The notes under the pieces were generated by a model. The model saw only the letters and a program-made list of their open reading frames with translations. It was not told where the DNA came from and did no database searches. The translations under genes were made by a program, and so were the position numbers. DNA of 56,476 nucleotides, the filler included, from Sphacelaria rigidula (Eukaryota): the NCBI GenBank assembly GCA_964200075.2. It is 5 parts of 5 records of this genome, joined end to end, with 100 filler letters (N's around TTAATTAATTAA, not from the genome) between each part and the next. Parts side by side here need not be neighbours in the genome. Positions count along the whole stretch, not along the records: positions 22,634 to 33,848 come from CAXNAA020005227.1; positions 33,949 to 45,162 come from CAXNAA020005228.1; 3 more parts are not named here. The stretch is one strand, 5' to 3'. Shown here in pieces: positions 25,963 to 37,892 of the stretch (position 1 is the first letter of the stretch; every line of letters begins with the position of its first letter).

Positions 25963-26258
25963 GAGTCATCCTACGGTAGGGGGGGTGGGGTATTTGAGTG
26001 CACGAAAAAGAGGCTCCCACGTGTCTCAGACGACCTGCCACACTCGCGGTGCGCTTGTATTTGATTGAAAACGGTACCAAGTAATACGAATGAGCGATGT
26101 TTTCAAGAACAAGCTCGTTCGAACAACCGTTACTGCTTTTAACGACAACTTAACTTGGAATTTCGTGCAAGAAGTGGCCCAAAATACCCCCCTCCCCTAT
26201 CGTAGACTATGGCATGCATGATCATGAGTACACCCCCCCCCCTATCGTAGGATGACTC
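25963..26258. mobile_element. MITE with GAG termini and 4-bp TSD (Sola-like), upstream of the RCC1 exon
   Basis: TIR GAGTCATCCTACGGTAGGGG / CCCCTATCGTAGGATGACTC; TSD CAAA at 25959-25962 and 26259-26262. Confidence 0.88.
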
Positions 26259-26321
26259 CAAATTTCTATATTTTTCTTACCCCGTCATCGTGCAACGCGT
26301 CCGTTTCATTCACGTCAACAG

Positions 26322-26506
26322 CTGGGCGTGGGTACGGTGGGCGAGAAGGCATGGACGCCGACCCCCGTCGAAGCATTGGACGGCGTGGGCACCATGCGCG
26401 CAAACGGCACGTTCACTGGCATCCGTTCATTAGCGTGTGGAGTATGGCACACAGCGGCTGTTTCCTCGACAGGCGACGTCTATACCTGGGGTTGGGCGCG
26501 CTTCGG
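26322..26506 (+). CDS. RCC1-repeat (BLIP-II beta-propeller) protein, penultimate exon
   Basis: cag| LGVGTVGEKAWTPTPVEALDG..IRSLACGVWHTAAVSSTGDVYTWGWARFG |gtaagg; canonical RCC1 repeat; ends in phase 2. Confidence 0.9.
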
Positions 26507-27395
26507 GTAAGGAAGGCACGGTGACCTAGCTTTGCTTTCGCTCGTAGTGTTTGGGTTCGGCTACGAGCTGGGCCAGCCAAGAGTAGATGTGAATCTCGCT
26601 CAGGCGACGCACGGCGCGATATTAGGAGTTGAAAGCTAAATTATAACCGCAGCCTTTTACGATCGAAATGCAGAAGATCACGTCAGCGGCAAAGAAGAAA
26701 GAAGAAAACAAAAAGAAGTTATGGGCATTTCAAATTTCAGCAAAAACAAGATATTGTCATAAGTCCAGGGAAAAAACGAGAATCTGCAGCTGCTCACGTG
26801 AAGTATCAGTTCCTTGGGTGCAGAAGGTCTACCTGAAATTTCAGCTCAAGAGTCGTGGAATTGGGCCGTGCGTTCAACATTCCCCGCGACGCTACTGCAC
26901 CCCTATAAATCAACTGATGGGAGACTCCAATTATGGAGGTCATGAGTTCGAATCCCGACATATTCTTTTTTTTTTCGTCCGTCGTTCAGGTCGTACATTA
27001 TGCAATACATTAAAAAAAAAAAAAATCAGCGGTGGTGCCGTGTGTTACCAGGTTGGTCTTCGCTTCACAGTGATATGCTTACATCGGGTTCATTCGGGAA
27101 ACTGGGACAGCTGTGGTGTGAACAAGTTTTAGCCGCTTCTAAGCTGGCCCAGCTCGTAGCTCACCTGGCGGTCGGGTCCCAGGCCGATGTTGGTGGTCGG
27201 TAGCCGTTACTTCCCGTGTGTTGATAGATTTATTGTCGCAGATTACTACGCTGGTCTCTTTATCGCCGATCTGCGCACGGTATTATTTGAGGTTGATTCT
27301 GTGTTGGCGTCTGTGTTGGTGTCTGTGTCAGCGTCTGTATCAGTGATGAAATATGCAAAAATTCGAGGGCTTGTGGCACGTTTTTATTCATACAG

Positions 27396-28107
27396 GGCAC
27401 TGGGATCGCTACCGGAGGAAGAAGACTTCGCATCATCAATTGTGCACGAAGCATCAGAAATGAGCAGCGCCGATGTCGTTGACCAGCCCAAGAAGAAGGG
27501 CTGCCAATTGTCAGCAGCAGCAGCAGCAGTAGCAGCTCCGATCAAGGAAAGTGATGGTGCCGAAGTGCGACCTTCTCCGGGACTTGTCGGCGGACTGGAA
27601 GAACTCCTCGTGCCGACAGATGACGGCGCCGACAACGACCAAATCATATCGGTCGGGTGCGGCACGCGATACACGTTAGCTGTATCGCGGGCAAAGAGGG
27701 CATACGTTTGGGGACAAGTATCGCCCTCATGTGACAGTGGAATACAGGGTCGCTCCGGTGAGTGCGGTTACAGCAGCGGCAAAACCAACGGCAGCGCTAC
27801 GATGGGGCAGATTAGCGATGGTGATGTCTTCACCAAAAAATCATTTTCGTGCCCGAGGGAACTTGACCTGAATGAACTCATGCGGTGGCGGGAAGGAGCA
27901 CCTGGTGGCCGCGAGTGTCCCGAAAATGAAGGGCGTGTGAAGCCTGGATATTGCGCTGGCGACGAAGGTGATGTGAGCAGCGGCAGCAGCAGAGCAAAGG
28001 GCATGAAACCGCGGTGGAGGGTAGCCGCGGCGGGCTGCGGGCCGTGGTATATTGTGTTGGCGCTAGAGGAAGCGTCTGCAACAACAGCCCTGCCGCTGGC
28101 GAGATAA
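27396..28107 (+). CDS. RCC1-repeat protein, last exon
   Basis: Acceptor tttttattcatacag| is in phase with the previous exon, giving WGWARFGALG; contains IISVGCGTRYTLAVSRAKRAYVWGQ and VAAAGCGPWYIVL; stop at 28105-28107. Confidence 0.87.
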
Positions 28108-28280
28108 ACTGAGCAATGTGTGCCTTATTTGTATTGCTCACGGAAGCTGGCGTTTGTCTTTTGGCTAGTTCGGTCGGGTTTTTCGTAGCAGAGAAACGAT
28201 TGGTCAGGATCGTAAAGTGATCGATTTCAACGCCCGTGGAAAAGGATAGACGTATGGAAAGTTCATCGCACATACGCGAA

Positions 28281-28560
28281 AAGCTTTACGCCTTTTTCAG
28301 GAGTTAGACCCTGAAGTTTTGCACAATTGTGCTATGGGTCATTACGGAACTTTGGATGACCGAGTTTTTTTGTTTTTTTTAATCGTTTTACGGGGTCTGA
28401 TTGGATAGGAGTTTCCCCTAAAAGAACTGGGACCCCCCCAAAATGGTGAAACTGGTAAAAAGAATCATAAAACCTCGACCTCCGCAAGTTGCGTAATAAC
28501 CCATAGCACATTTGTGCAAAAAATTAGGGTCTGATCCCTTAAAACGGCGTCAAGCTTTGC
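28281..28560. repeat. Inverted pair of a subunit of the 408-bp tandem repeat
   Basis: aagcttt.acgcc.ttt.caggagttagaccctga..ttttgcacaattgtgctatgggtcattacg (28281-28350) is the reverse complement of ~28486-28559; both arms match ttgtacaaaatttcagggtctaactccttaaaacggcgt in 11318-12310. Confidence 0.8.
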
Positions 28561-28758
28561 CGTTGAGTGTTGTTTGGGTGATGAGCGTGAATATGCCTGT
28601 TGTTGTTGTAGGGGTTTCCTGTATACTATTCCCCCAAAGGGTATGTGGGAAAGCATCTTTTTGCGTCGATTTCGAGGTGAAAAAGGGACGCTTTTAGCCC
28701 GAAAACGATGCTTCCGCACACACCTTTTGAGGGGACAGAAGACGGGAACCCCCCCCAA

Positions 28759-29015
28759 GAGCAATGCTACGGTAGGGGTGCACGTTTTGCGCAAAATTGT
28801 GTCTGGTTCAGGGGCTCCTCACGATTCTAGGTGCACAATAATATGGGTCAGAGCATCCCCGTTTGCAAATTCATTTAGGATATCCCAAGCACATTGGAAT
28901 ATCAATCCTGGGGTACCTATATATTTCATAATAAGTCATGTTTTGGATGAGATGAAGAGCTCCTGACAATTCTAACCTCAGATCATATTTGTGCACCCAT
29001 TCCGTAGCACCACTC
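28759..29015. mobile_element. 257-bp Sola-like MITE, copy 1
   Basis: TIR GAGCAATGCTACGGTAGGGGTGCAC / GTGCACCCATTCCGTAGCACCACTC; flanks CCAA/CCAC; inverted copy of the same length at 45426-45682. Confidence 0.85.
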
Positions 29016-29409
29016 CCACGAAGATAGCTTCAGGAAGGTCAGGGAGCATTATCAGGTCGTCCATATGAAAGTCATTTGCCATCACTTTACGTCAGTGCAA
29101 GCACCATTTTGGAGTTGATCTCAATTTAATATCCAACCTCCTTTTTGGAGATGATCTCTTGTGGGTGCACATAGTTCTTCGTGGATGGTGATGGATACCC
29201 CTGAGTGGACCCACGGGTACCTGTGTGTCGCGGCCGAAAACGTGGAGGCCGCCAATTTTTGGACACCATCTCCCCCTTTACACCAAATGAATATGAAAAA
29301 GGAGACAAAGTGCGGTTCGTTCGCCGCTGGTATTTTCTCGGGGTGTTGACTCCTTTCAGCTGGCAGTCGGTATAGTAGGGAGAACCTAGACTTTTGTTAA
29401 TGGTATGCC

Positions 29410-29757
29410 GGTCGCCCCGGTGGCTCAGTTGATGACCTCAAAAGCTTGTGACGCTTGTGTCGTGGGTTCAAATCTCGGAGCGACCTGAGATTTTTTCTCA
29501 CACCATGCCCAACAGTGGTGAGCGACTATTATGCCGTGGGTACACAAAATTGGTCTCAACAGTCGACGAGGGAAAGGGATTGCTGGACCCCTCTCGTGAC
29601 AAAAAGAAAGGCAATGAGCACCGCAGAAGGAAGGTGGAGTACTAGAAAGAAAAACTCCTGTGTTGATCTTGGTCCTGTGTGATCCCGGCTGGTGCGCCCA
29701 CATATACCGAAAGATGTAGACCGGCGTCCACAATAGATGGGACGACAACACTCACAC
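29410..29757 (+). mobile_element. tRNA-derived SINE (His-like head) with a LINE-like 3' tail
   Basis: A box TGGCTCAGTTG (29421), B box GGTTCAAATC (29465), arm AAGC-TTGTGAC-GCTT, closing stem GGTCGC/GCGACC; the 3' ~65 nt match an inverted fragment at 30507-30583; (CA) tail. Confidence 0.8.
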
Positions 29758-29853
29758 ATAGTAGAAGCATCAGGTGCACATGGCAGCAAACAAGAATCGA
29801 GAGTGTGTTATAGCTGACCTGATGATCTATCTTTGTTGATTTGATTTCTGCAC

Positions 29854-30218
29854 ACGCGGCCGTTTGGATACCCCCAAAAATGTCTCCAGAGGGATGCGTG
29901 GCTCTCCAGAGGCAAAACAAGCCTCCGAAGGCCTTCAATCCCGCTGGATGAAACCAAACACTACCGACCTGGAGGTCCGCGCTCCCCTCCGGAGGAACTT
30001 GTGGGCATGCGCGGCCCTCTAGAGGCAAAAACAAGCCTCCGAAAGCCTTCAATCGCTCTGGAGGAATCCAAAAAATCTCCTCTGGAGGGCTGCGCACCCC
30101 TCCGGAGACTTTCAATTCTTCCGGAGACTTTCAATTCTTCCGGAGACTTTCAATTCTTCCGGAGACTCGAAAAGTTGACCGACCTGGAGCAATTTTGGGG
30201 GTAGCCAAATGGCCGCGT
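29854..30218. mobile_element. MITE with ~35-bp TIRs and internal TCCGGAG repeats
   Basis: ACGCGGCCGTTTGGATACCCCCAAAA / TTTTGGGGGTAGCCAAATGGCCGCGT; 19-bp tandem ccggagactttcaattctt x3 at 30102-30168; TSD not evident. Confidence 0.8.
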
Positions 30219-30221
30219 TTG

Positions 30222-30335
30222 TGATTGATCGATTGTCTCATTTTAACTGACCCCCCAGGGGTTCAGCCGTAGTCACATGATAGACGTACCCAACCAAAGA
30301 AAATAAAACTGTAACACTCGCTGAAGAAGAAGAAT
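30222..30335 (-). mobile_element. Retroposon 3' end with a (CAAT)-type tail (second copy at 38870-38988, + strand)
   Basis: Reverse complement matches ttgggtacgtctatcatg.gac.acggctg...cccctgggggg.tcagtt.aa.tg.gacaatc at ~38912-38981. Confidence 0.75.
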
Positions 30336-30506
30336 CAGAAAAAAGTTGAACATCACGAGTTGTGTACGGCAAATACACACACAACATACGCACACTCACG
30401 GTAGAAGCCATCACTACAAAAGCGTGTGAAGACGTATACATTGATTTTTCCATATTTCTCATATATATCCTCGTTTACTCACGATCTCTTAACGCAGGTA
30501 TGCATA

Positions 30507-30583
30507 TGTGTGTGTTGTCGTCCCATCTATTCTGGACGCCGGTCAGTATACCTTTCGGTATAAGTGGGCGCATCAGCCGGGGC
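30507..30583 (-). mobile_element. 3' fragment of the 29410 SINE or its partner LINE
   Basis: gtgttgtcgtcccatctatt.tggacgccggtc..tttcggtata.gtgggcgca.cagccggg is the reverse complement of ~29684-29751. Confidence 0.8.
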
Positions 30584-33089
30584 CATGTATATATATTTAA
30601 TTATTGATTGATCGATTAATCGATTGATGATCGATTCTATTTTCAACTGTGCATTGCTATTTAAGCGAAAAGCTCGGCTCGATTTCTACCGCTCATTTTT
30701 TTTTCATGTCATGCCTGTTTCATGTCGATTTTTTGGGAGACCGCGTACGGGCGCCCACCCCATCACAACGAAACACCGTCACCAACCATATACTGTTCGT
30801 TAACCTCCACAGAAAGGGCATAGCTGTACGCAGTACAACAGGGCAAACACGACACATAACCATCTGCTCTCCAGGGCGTTTTGGAACAGACTGCACTTGA
30901 ACGTGAGTGTTTCGCTGTATGTTGTCGACCTGCTGCTGACTCCCCTGTTCACTCGATACAATACGCGGATTGTGATCGTTCCCCCCTTGTGTTGTAAAAT
31001 ACTCGTGAGCTCATCAAAAAAGCATGTGGCGAAAAAACCCAAACCAAGGCGACTAATCATCCTCACGTACGCGATTACCTTTTATTACCCTGCGGGGCGC
31101 CTGATTCCAACGCCGACAGCAAGACTTTCGTCTTTGTTCTACTGAGTGACTGTTTCTACGATGGACCCTCCTGCACCTGAGGGTTCATGGTCTGCCGTTT
31201 GTTGGGGTTTGAGATAACACGACCAAGTTTGGGTTTGGTTAGTTTGTGCGGTGGACGGCGGTGCGGGGACAAGTTTGTACAGTAGATAAGTGCGTGAAAT
31301 GACTGGTGATGAAATTCTTTGTCCCCGTCGTGAGGGCAAGATTATGATAAGCTCTTAGTTGAGAGCTTAAACAGCAGCACACCTGCACGCGCGCTTCAGC
31401 ACCATTCAAGCACAATGCACATGGAAAGGGGGCGCGGGCGGCTGGCGTATGGACAAGCTACAATTGTTGTCAGGTCTCTGACCGCGGGATGGATTTCAGA
31501 CTCTTGAAGAGTCGGCATTATCGATACTTGAAACACGAGCTTCAGACTCCGGTGTCAGGTGTCCGTCTGTTGACGCTTGACTTTCTAATCGATAGAAAAG
31601 TTCATTTTATCTGAAAAATGAGACCGAGACTCGAGTGTCTACAGTATCTGCGGGCGCCTGACACCTGGGTCTGACACCCATTGTTCAAGCGACTATGATC
31701 TCGATCCAGCAGATGAAAATCCGTGTGCGACAGGATGGTAACCATTGTGGGGTAAATGGCGATAAAACTCGCACACAAGCGGACGGGGTGCATGTCTCTC
31801 GTTGCTTGATGGACGGTCTCGTGGACACAAACGAACGAAGACGGGCATTACTTCCCAATAGTGGATAACCTGATAAAACCATACTTCCGCCGAGTGCGAC
31901 TACCACCATGAACAGTGGAGGTAAATAGTGTGGGGTTGTGAGAGTTACTGCCGCGCGAGTGTGGGCGTATTCTGTCTGGATTGATCCTCAATCCAGCCCG
32001 CACAAGATACATCTCGCGGAGTATAGCACCCCCCCATGATTGTTGCCGCCCCACATATTTTCTTTACAATATCGCCGCCATATTTCGCCATGATTCTCCT
32101 CGGTAGGAGAAGACGATCGATATCTTCAAATGATTGATTCATTTGCGTGATAATCTGTTTTGATGTCGAGAAGTTGATCATGTTCAGAATATACGGCGTC
32201 TGAAATCTCATCATGAGGGTGCTATACCTCGTCACATGCGGTGCAACTAACGGGTGTGACATTGGAGCAACTGTCTGTACAGCATCTTCATGTCATACTC
32301 GTCTTGTTTTACAACCCCCACGCAGCGCACCGAAGCGGCGTCGAACTATGCGAGAGGAGAACTAACGAGAGAGGACACAGCACGCTAGTATGAAGACATC
32401 TTCTTTTGTGAGTGTGAGACTGATAATCCTTGTCCGCCTTCGCACCCAACCGCTGCTTGTTGCCGTATCATCCGTACGTGGCAAACTTCGACGTCTGGAC
32501 CAGTGGGAGTAATTCATCATCGACATGTTGGCCAGACAACACATCTTCCTTTTTCTAGCAGCGATACCGCTGCTCTCTGGAGTTCGTGGCGCTCCATCTG
32601 CGCCGAAGGAGCTGACTACTTCAAGGTCTTGGCTCGACTCCGTGAGGTATGTTTGAGAACCTGTGTCGTTGTTGGATACTATTATACTGTAATTAGGTTT
32701 GTATATCAACTATTTTTAAAGGTTGATTTGATACTTGATTTTTTTTTCCAAATCGGCTTGATTCCATCACGATTTAGTTGATTTAATCAACTTATTAACA
32801 ACATGTCAATTGAATCAACTACTCGTAACATGATTGGTTGTTTTTTTCGGTGGAATTTAAGCAGCATACACGCGAAAAATCGGCTGAATTTTGTCGTATA
32901 ATAATGTACAGCACACGAGCACGCATACGCAAGCCCACAGCAGCAGCACAGCACTCTTGTGTTCAATATTTTCGCTCAACCTACTGCATCGGTACTCAAG
33001 CACCCCGTCTTTCTGCACTACTACTACCGCTGTATTTTACTTCGAAGAACTCTCAAATATGAAACATGTACGCCTCAAACCTGTCTGGT

Positions 33090-33090
<1 letters not shown>

Positions 33091-33146
<56 letters not shown>
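33091..33146. repeat. Poly(C) tract (~56 nt) beside a 10-N gap
   Basis: Homopolymer; the sequence past the gap is a noisy duplicate of the lead-in. Confidence 0.85.
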
Positions 33147-33147
<1 letters not shown>

Positions 33148-33848
33148 CCGGGCACCACCGCGCTAATACCTACACCCACTTGAACTCTACANNNNNNNNN
33201 NCCCCTTTTTTTTCCTTCCAACACCCCCCAAAAACAAAACAAGCCCCCCCAAACCCTTTCCGGCCCCCCCCCCCCCCCCCCCGCCCCCCGGAAGTAGTAC
33301 CCAGATTGCACTCGCGTGTAGGTAAAGCTCCCTGTTGAATATTAGCAACTCATATCATACATTACTCCGTATATATGATGTCGCGTGGTGGATGTGACTG
33401 ACGAGAAGAAATATTGATGCGATGCGAGTATCACTACAAAACATGTCATCCTATGAATGGTGTACTGTACTATGTTGTGATGCAACAGCCTTCAACCATA
33501 CGACATGCACGCGAATTTTCCTTTCCCTCCCCATTCCCATCGTTTCATTGTTTTTTATTTAATTTGCTTTGTACTTTCCTTTTGTTTTCCTTTTTCTTGC
33601 TTTAGGTCGGCCATTTCTTTCTGTGCTTTGCTTGTGTTGATTTTTTATTCCTTTTTTTGTCACGACTTTGTCTCATGTCGTTCTGTTCGACCTCTCTCTT
33701 TTTTCTTCTTCTGTTCCTATTTGTTTCTGCTTCTGTTCCTTTTTTTTTCTGTTTCTGTTCCTTTTTTTTTTCCTTTTTTTTTTTATGTATTTTTTAGTTT
33801 TCTTTTTTTTTGGTTCCTTCCTCATTGAACCCCGGGTTGGCCCCGGGG

Positions 33849-33948
33849 NNNNNNNNNNNNNNNNNNNNNNNNNNNNNNNNNNNNNNNNNNNNTTAATTAA
33901 TTAANNNNNNNNNNNNNNNNNNNNNNNNNNNNNNNNNNNNNNNNNNNN
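33849..33948. other. Artificial contig-joining linker
   Basis: N44-TTAATTAATTAA-N44. Confidence 0.97.
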
Positions 33949-35232
33949 GGTCAATGGTCAAATGACTAAGGCAAGCAACAAATGAGTACGCCCCCTCCCC
34001 CTCCTCCTCCCCCACGAGACGGTGACGGCGTGGACCTCACGTCTTTGCACTTCTTCTGCACCTCCCTACACCAGATATCCTGGAGGGAGGGGTCGGTGTA
34101 CTGCTGCCCTGACAAATGTGGGTGAGACGCGTCTTTTACACGCCTTAGATGTTCATGGTAGGTATCATTGCATACGCACGCTTCTCAAGGAACATCTTTC
34201 TTTTAACGAACAGGGATCGCCAATAGGCATCACTTAGTCGAATGGGGGCGGCGGCGGCGGGGGGGTGGAGGAGGGGAGGGATAATAGCTTTGCGTATGAA
34301 GGGTTAGGGTTAGGCTTCAAGTTAGGGTTGGGATTGGAGTCGCGCGTGTACGTAGGATCGCCCATACCGGATTTCTCTGGCTTTTCAGCGTTTTCCAAGA
34401 CCAACGCGTACGTTGGTTTGTGGTATGTTGGGTTAGGATTACGAGGCGGATGTCGGGCTTGCCTTGCAACTTGCCAAAAGAGAACAGTTTGGTCGATGGA
34501 TTGTAGCACATTAACTGAACTGCTACGAACCCAGACGTGGTCACAAGGCGTAGGAGACTGAGGGTGAGTTAGTTAAGGGAACACTCGCCGGGGACGGTCC
34601 AGACAAGAAAAACGAAGGAGACAACAGGCGTCGTCGGGTGAACGAGACAAAAATTAAACCTGAAGACACGACATACTTCGTACACACATAACTATATTCA
34701 GAACACAGTTTTGTGCTGCTCCATCTCTCAAAAATCAAACAGGTACTTCTCCTCCTTTTCCCGGTCACGAGTTGGTTTGGGGATATAACAGTTGCTGTAG
34801 AAAATTACACAAAACGGGAGCCCCGTAAGCTTTAGTATCAGCGCACACACGCGTGGGCTCCACATAATGGCTACTCAGTACCCGAAGGCTTCGTACGGTG
34901 CATGCAGTACACATCATTCTGCACAGAGCACCGAGTATTGTTTTCTCTTCGTCGCATTTTCAACCCCTCCCCTTACTCGGGATGAGTCCGAGGTCTCAAG
35001 GGATGGATCTATCTACTATCTACCCATCTCGCCCCCGGTACACGCCTTGCACTTTGGTCTCGAGGATTGGATCATGACCAAGACTCCTGCGCCGCGTCAA
35101 CTCTCGTCAGATTTGCTTTTACGAGTCTCGTTCTCACGTTTCCACCGACGGAAAATTATATGCTTCTCATGAAAAATCAAAAACAAAAAGAAACCTCTGG
35201 CTAGCGGGATTCGGATTCCTCAATCTTCTGAT

Positions 35233-35610
35233 CTAAGTGCTTTCAGGTGTACCGACTGGATCGTACGGACACGGCAGCATGGTACAACTCTTCTCGACCA
35301 TCACCGGATTCACTCCGTCACCTGTCTCGGCACCGGCAGCCTGGACATCCTCAACCCCCTTCCCGACCCCACGCCTCTCCTCCAAACGGAGGTAATCATA
35401 TGTGTACGACGTAGGTGTTCCCAAGGCATCGTGTCCACCGCTGCCTCTGGGGTCAAGAGCGGGATCACTGCTGTTGTGGGCGCTGTCGTTGTCGTTTCTG
35501 TTGTTGCTGATGTCGGTATTGCTCGTCTTACCGCGAGTCGGTCGCGCGGAGGAAGGTCTATCGTCCGAGTCCCGCCTGCCTCGCGGAGACGTGGTGCTAG
35601 CGCGAGTGCG
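35233..35610 (-). CDS. Unknown Ser/Pro/Arg-rich protein, probable last exon
   Basis: cag| RTRASTTSPRGRRDSDD...DPVGTPEST*; 378 nt open, phase 0, compatible with the donor at 36498. Confidence 0.6.
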   Translation of the reverse strand, partial: RTRASTTSPRGRRDSDDRPSSARPTRGKTSNTDISNNRNDNDSAHNSSDPALDPRGSGGHDALGTPTSYTYDYLRLEERRGVGKGVEDVQAAGAETGDGVNPVMVEKSCTMLPCPYDPVGTPEST

Positions 35611-36498
35611 CTGACGATCGTTTTGGAGTTGTAGTAGTAGTGGTGGCGGGAGGGGCGGGGGAGAGGAAAAGCTGCGTCATAGAGTGAATGCGTGTGTTTG
35701 TGCGGACTGTACATGAGTGGTGTGCAGTATCGTGATTGCCACATCACAGTACACGGCTGGTACGAGGAGTTCTCGTCATCATATCAGCTGAAACAAATGA
35801 AGATACCGCCTTCCTTGTCTCGCCAGCCTCGACCAGGGACGTTTGCCCCATGAGCGGGCAGTGAGTAGCTCTTCCTCTTTTCGCTTGGCGGGGTACATGA
35901 TATCAACACCGAGACAAGGCAGCTCGGACACGTTGAATTCCGAACAAACGACGAATAAGAAAGGCTGCCATTCTTTCGGAGATCAACAACAAGAAGCTAG
36001 ACATTCGTGATGACAGCTAGACGAGACTCTATATTCAGAACATTCCATACAGAAACCAGCACACTTTTGATGCATACTGGGAGCGACACCAATGCAAAAA
36101 CGGAAATGTAGCCCAAGCATGGAATTTCTGTTGAACGAGACACATATATCGATCGCCGTATCCCCGGTAATCAACTATTTTCCAAGTCTACGGTAGAAAA
36201 AGGGCACGGAGAAGAGATTGCAGGAGAAGAGTCGGTTGTGTTTTTTACACGGCTGGCACGCGCTCGTGCTGCCCTCGGAATGACTGCACAGAGAACGATC
36301 AAATTTATTCTAGATGCAAGACAGAGAGAATACACTGTGGCGGCATATCCAGCCGCGTCCAACCCAAATATAACCCGGCAGCGTCCTTCCTGTATTCCCA
36401 AGTACATACATGATAGGCAATTCTTTTGTTTTTTTTCTCGCCCTCGTTCATCTCCTTGAAGAAGGAAGACTCAAGTGTGGTGGACTAATGTATCCCAC

Positions 36499-37112
36499 CT
36501 GACGGCCACGACTAGGCGAGTCCATGTCTTTTCGTCTCCCGCGACTAACGGCAGCACTACTTTCACCCGGCGACATTCCCCCGCTGGCCCTCGACCTTCC
36601 CGTGCAGACACGGGGCGACAACGAACGGCTTTTCCGTTTCTCGGACGATGAAAACGTGGCTACTGTCGAAGAGCGATGGTAACCGCGGCCGTCGGCGACC
36701 CCACTACTGCCTCCGTATCGTTGGGCGTATGGCAACATGAGGGGGTTGAAGGGTGTATGATTTCCGCTTCCGTCTTCGAACCCCCTTCCTCTTCCTCTTG
36801 GCGAGAGGTATCGGTGGTTGAAAGGAATAGCCCCCGACGTTGTCTTGGAAAATGACCAAGTCGATTGCGTAGTTCTGGGCTGAGATCGCTTTGGAGATAC
36901 ACTGCGGGCGCTCCTGTTTGATGGGGATGCAAGGAGGGATTTGGGGGGGGGGGGGGGGGGAAGGGGGGCGCAGGGCGCAAGGCGAGACGTGGCTGGGGGA
37001 GGAGGCATAGTTTTGAACATTGAACACGCCTCGTTCAAGTATCTTTGCGGTATAGTCAGGTGGTGAATGTTTTTCAATTCCTGGATGATGGCAACTGACA
37101 ACAACATATGAT
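36499..37112 (-). CDS. Unknown Ser/Pro/Arg-rich protein, internal exon
   Basis: Pyrimidine-rich acceptor ttttattgtcaag|; open frame HMLLSVAIIQELKNIHHLTIPQRYLNEACSMFKTMPPPP...SPSRGRQ; donor cag|gtggga. Confidence 0.62.
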
Positions 37113-37892
37113 CTTGACAATAAAAGGCACGGGGGAGAAAGAGGGGATCGGTGGGGGTTATCTGTTTATATGTGGACCTAAAGGGAACCCAACCCAACGC
37201 GAAATGGTGAGTCGGCGGAGGTTGGGGGGAGGGGAAAGATGAGGGGAATGGGGCAATGTTTGGACTAGCATGCCAACACAAGAACAGACCACGTTGATGC
37301 AGAACATGTTGCAGAAATTAAATGCATATTCGTGAGCTCGTCGTCTTTAAGTAAGCCTGTGCCTGTGTGCTTGGCGCAAGAAGTGCTGAGGAGAAGCAAC
37401 ACTTCGTACTTTGCGTCACATTTCAAGGTCGGTACCACACTGGGGACAGTGGAGTGCGCTCTTCAACTATTTCTTCGCTATATTTCCACTCTCTTGGCAG
37501 CACAGCGGTAACCACCGTAACCTCTACGGAGCACCATGCTGATTGTGATCGGTTACTGAGCCATAATTGTGCCCCCATGAATGATTAGAACGGAGAGGCC
37601 GATATCGCAATCGCTCGACACTACGGTGCTCGACAACACGAGACAGTTAGGCTCACGACGGCTGTCTCGTTTGTCGCTCTGGATACTCCTTGCTTGTTGC
37701 TCAATATCCATCATTAACCGAAGACCGCGAAGTGGGTGCATCACGACTCGCAATGTGGTTCGGAAGGGAGAAAGAACGATCAGGAAGACAGCAGCACAAG
37801 ATGGACACCCTTGACGTGCTTGATGAGGGTGAGCAATGTCATCACTCCAGGACCTACACGACGTCCAGACAATCCGGCAAGAATCCAAAAAC

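Noticed and set aside
27187-27395. N-terminal part of the 306-aa ORF as coding sequence
   Set aside because: It lies upstream of the in-phase splice acceptor at 27395 and is intronic read-through.
31600-32830. Decayed hAT transposase (FSSAG-like peptide, TTGAT-rich flank)
   Set aside because: The motif is too short and needs several frameshifts; no TIR/TSD identified.
34300-34335. Telomere-like TTAGGG repeats
   Set aside because: Only about three degenerate units, internal to the contig.
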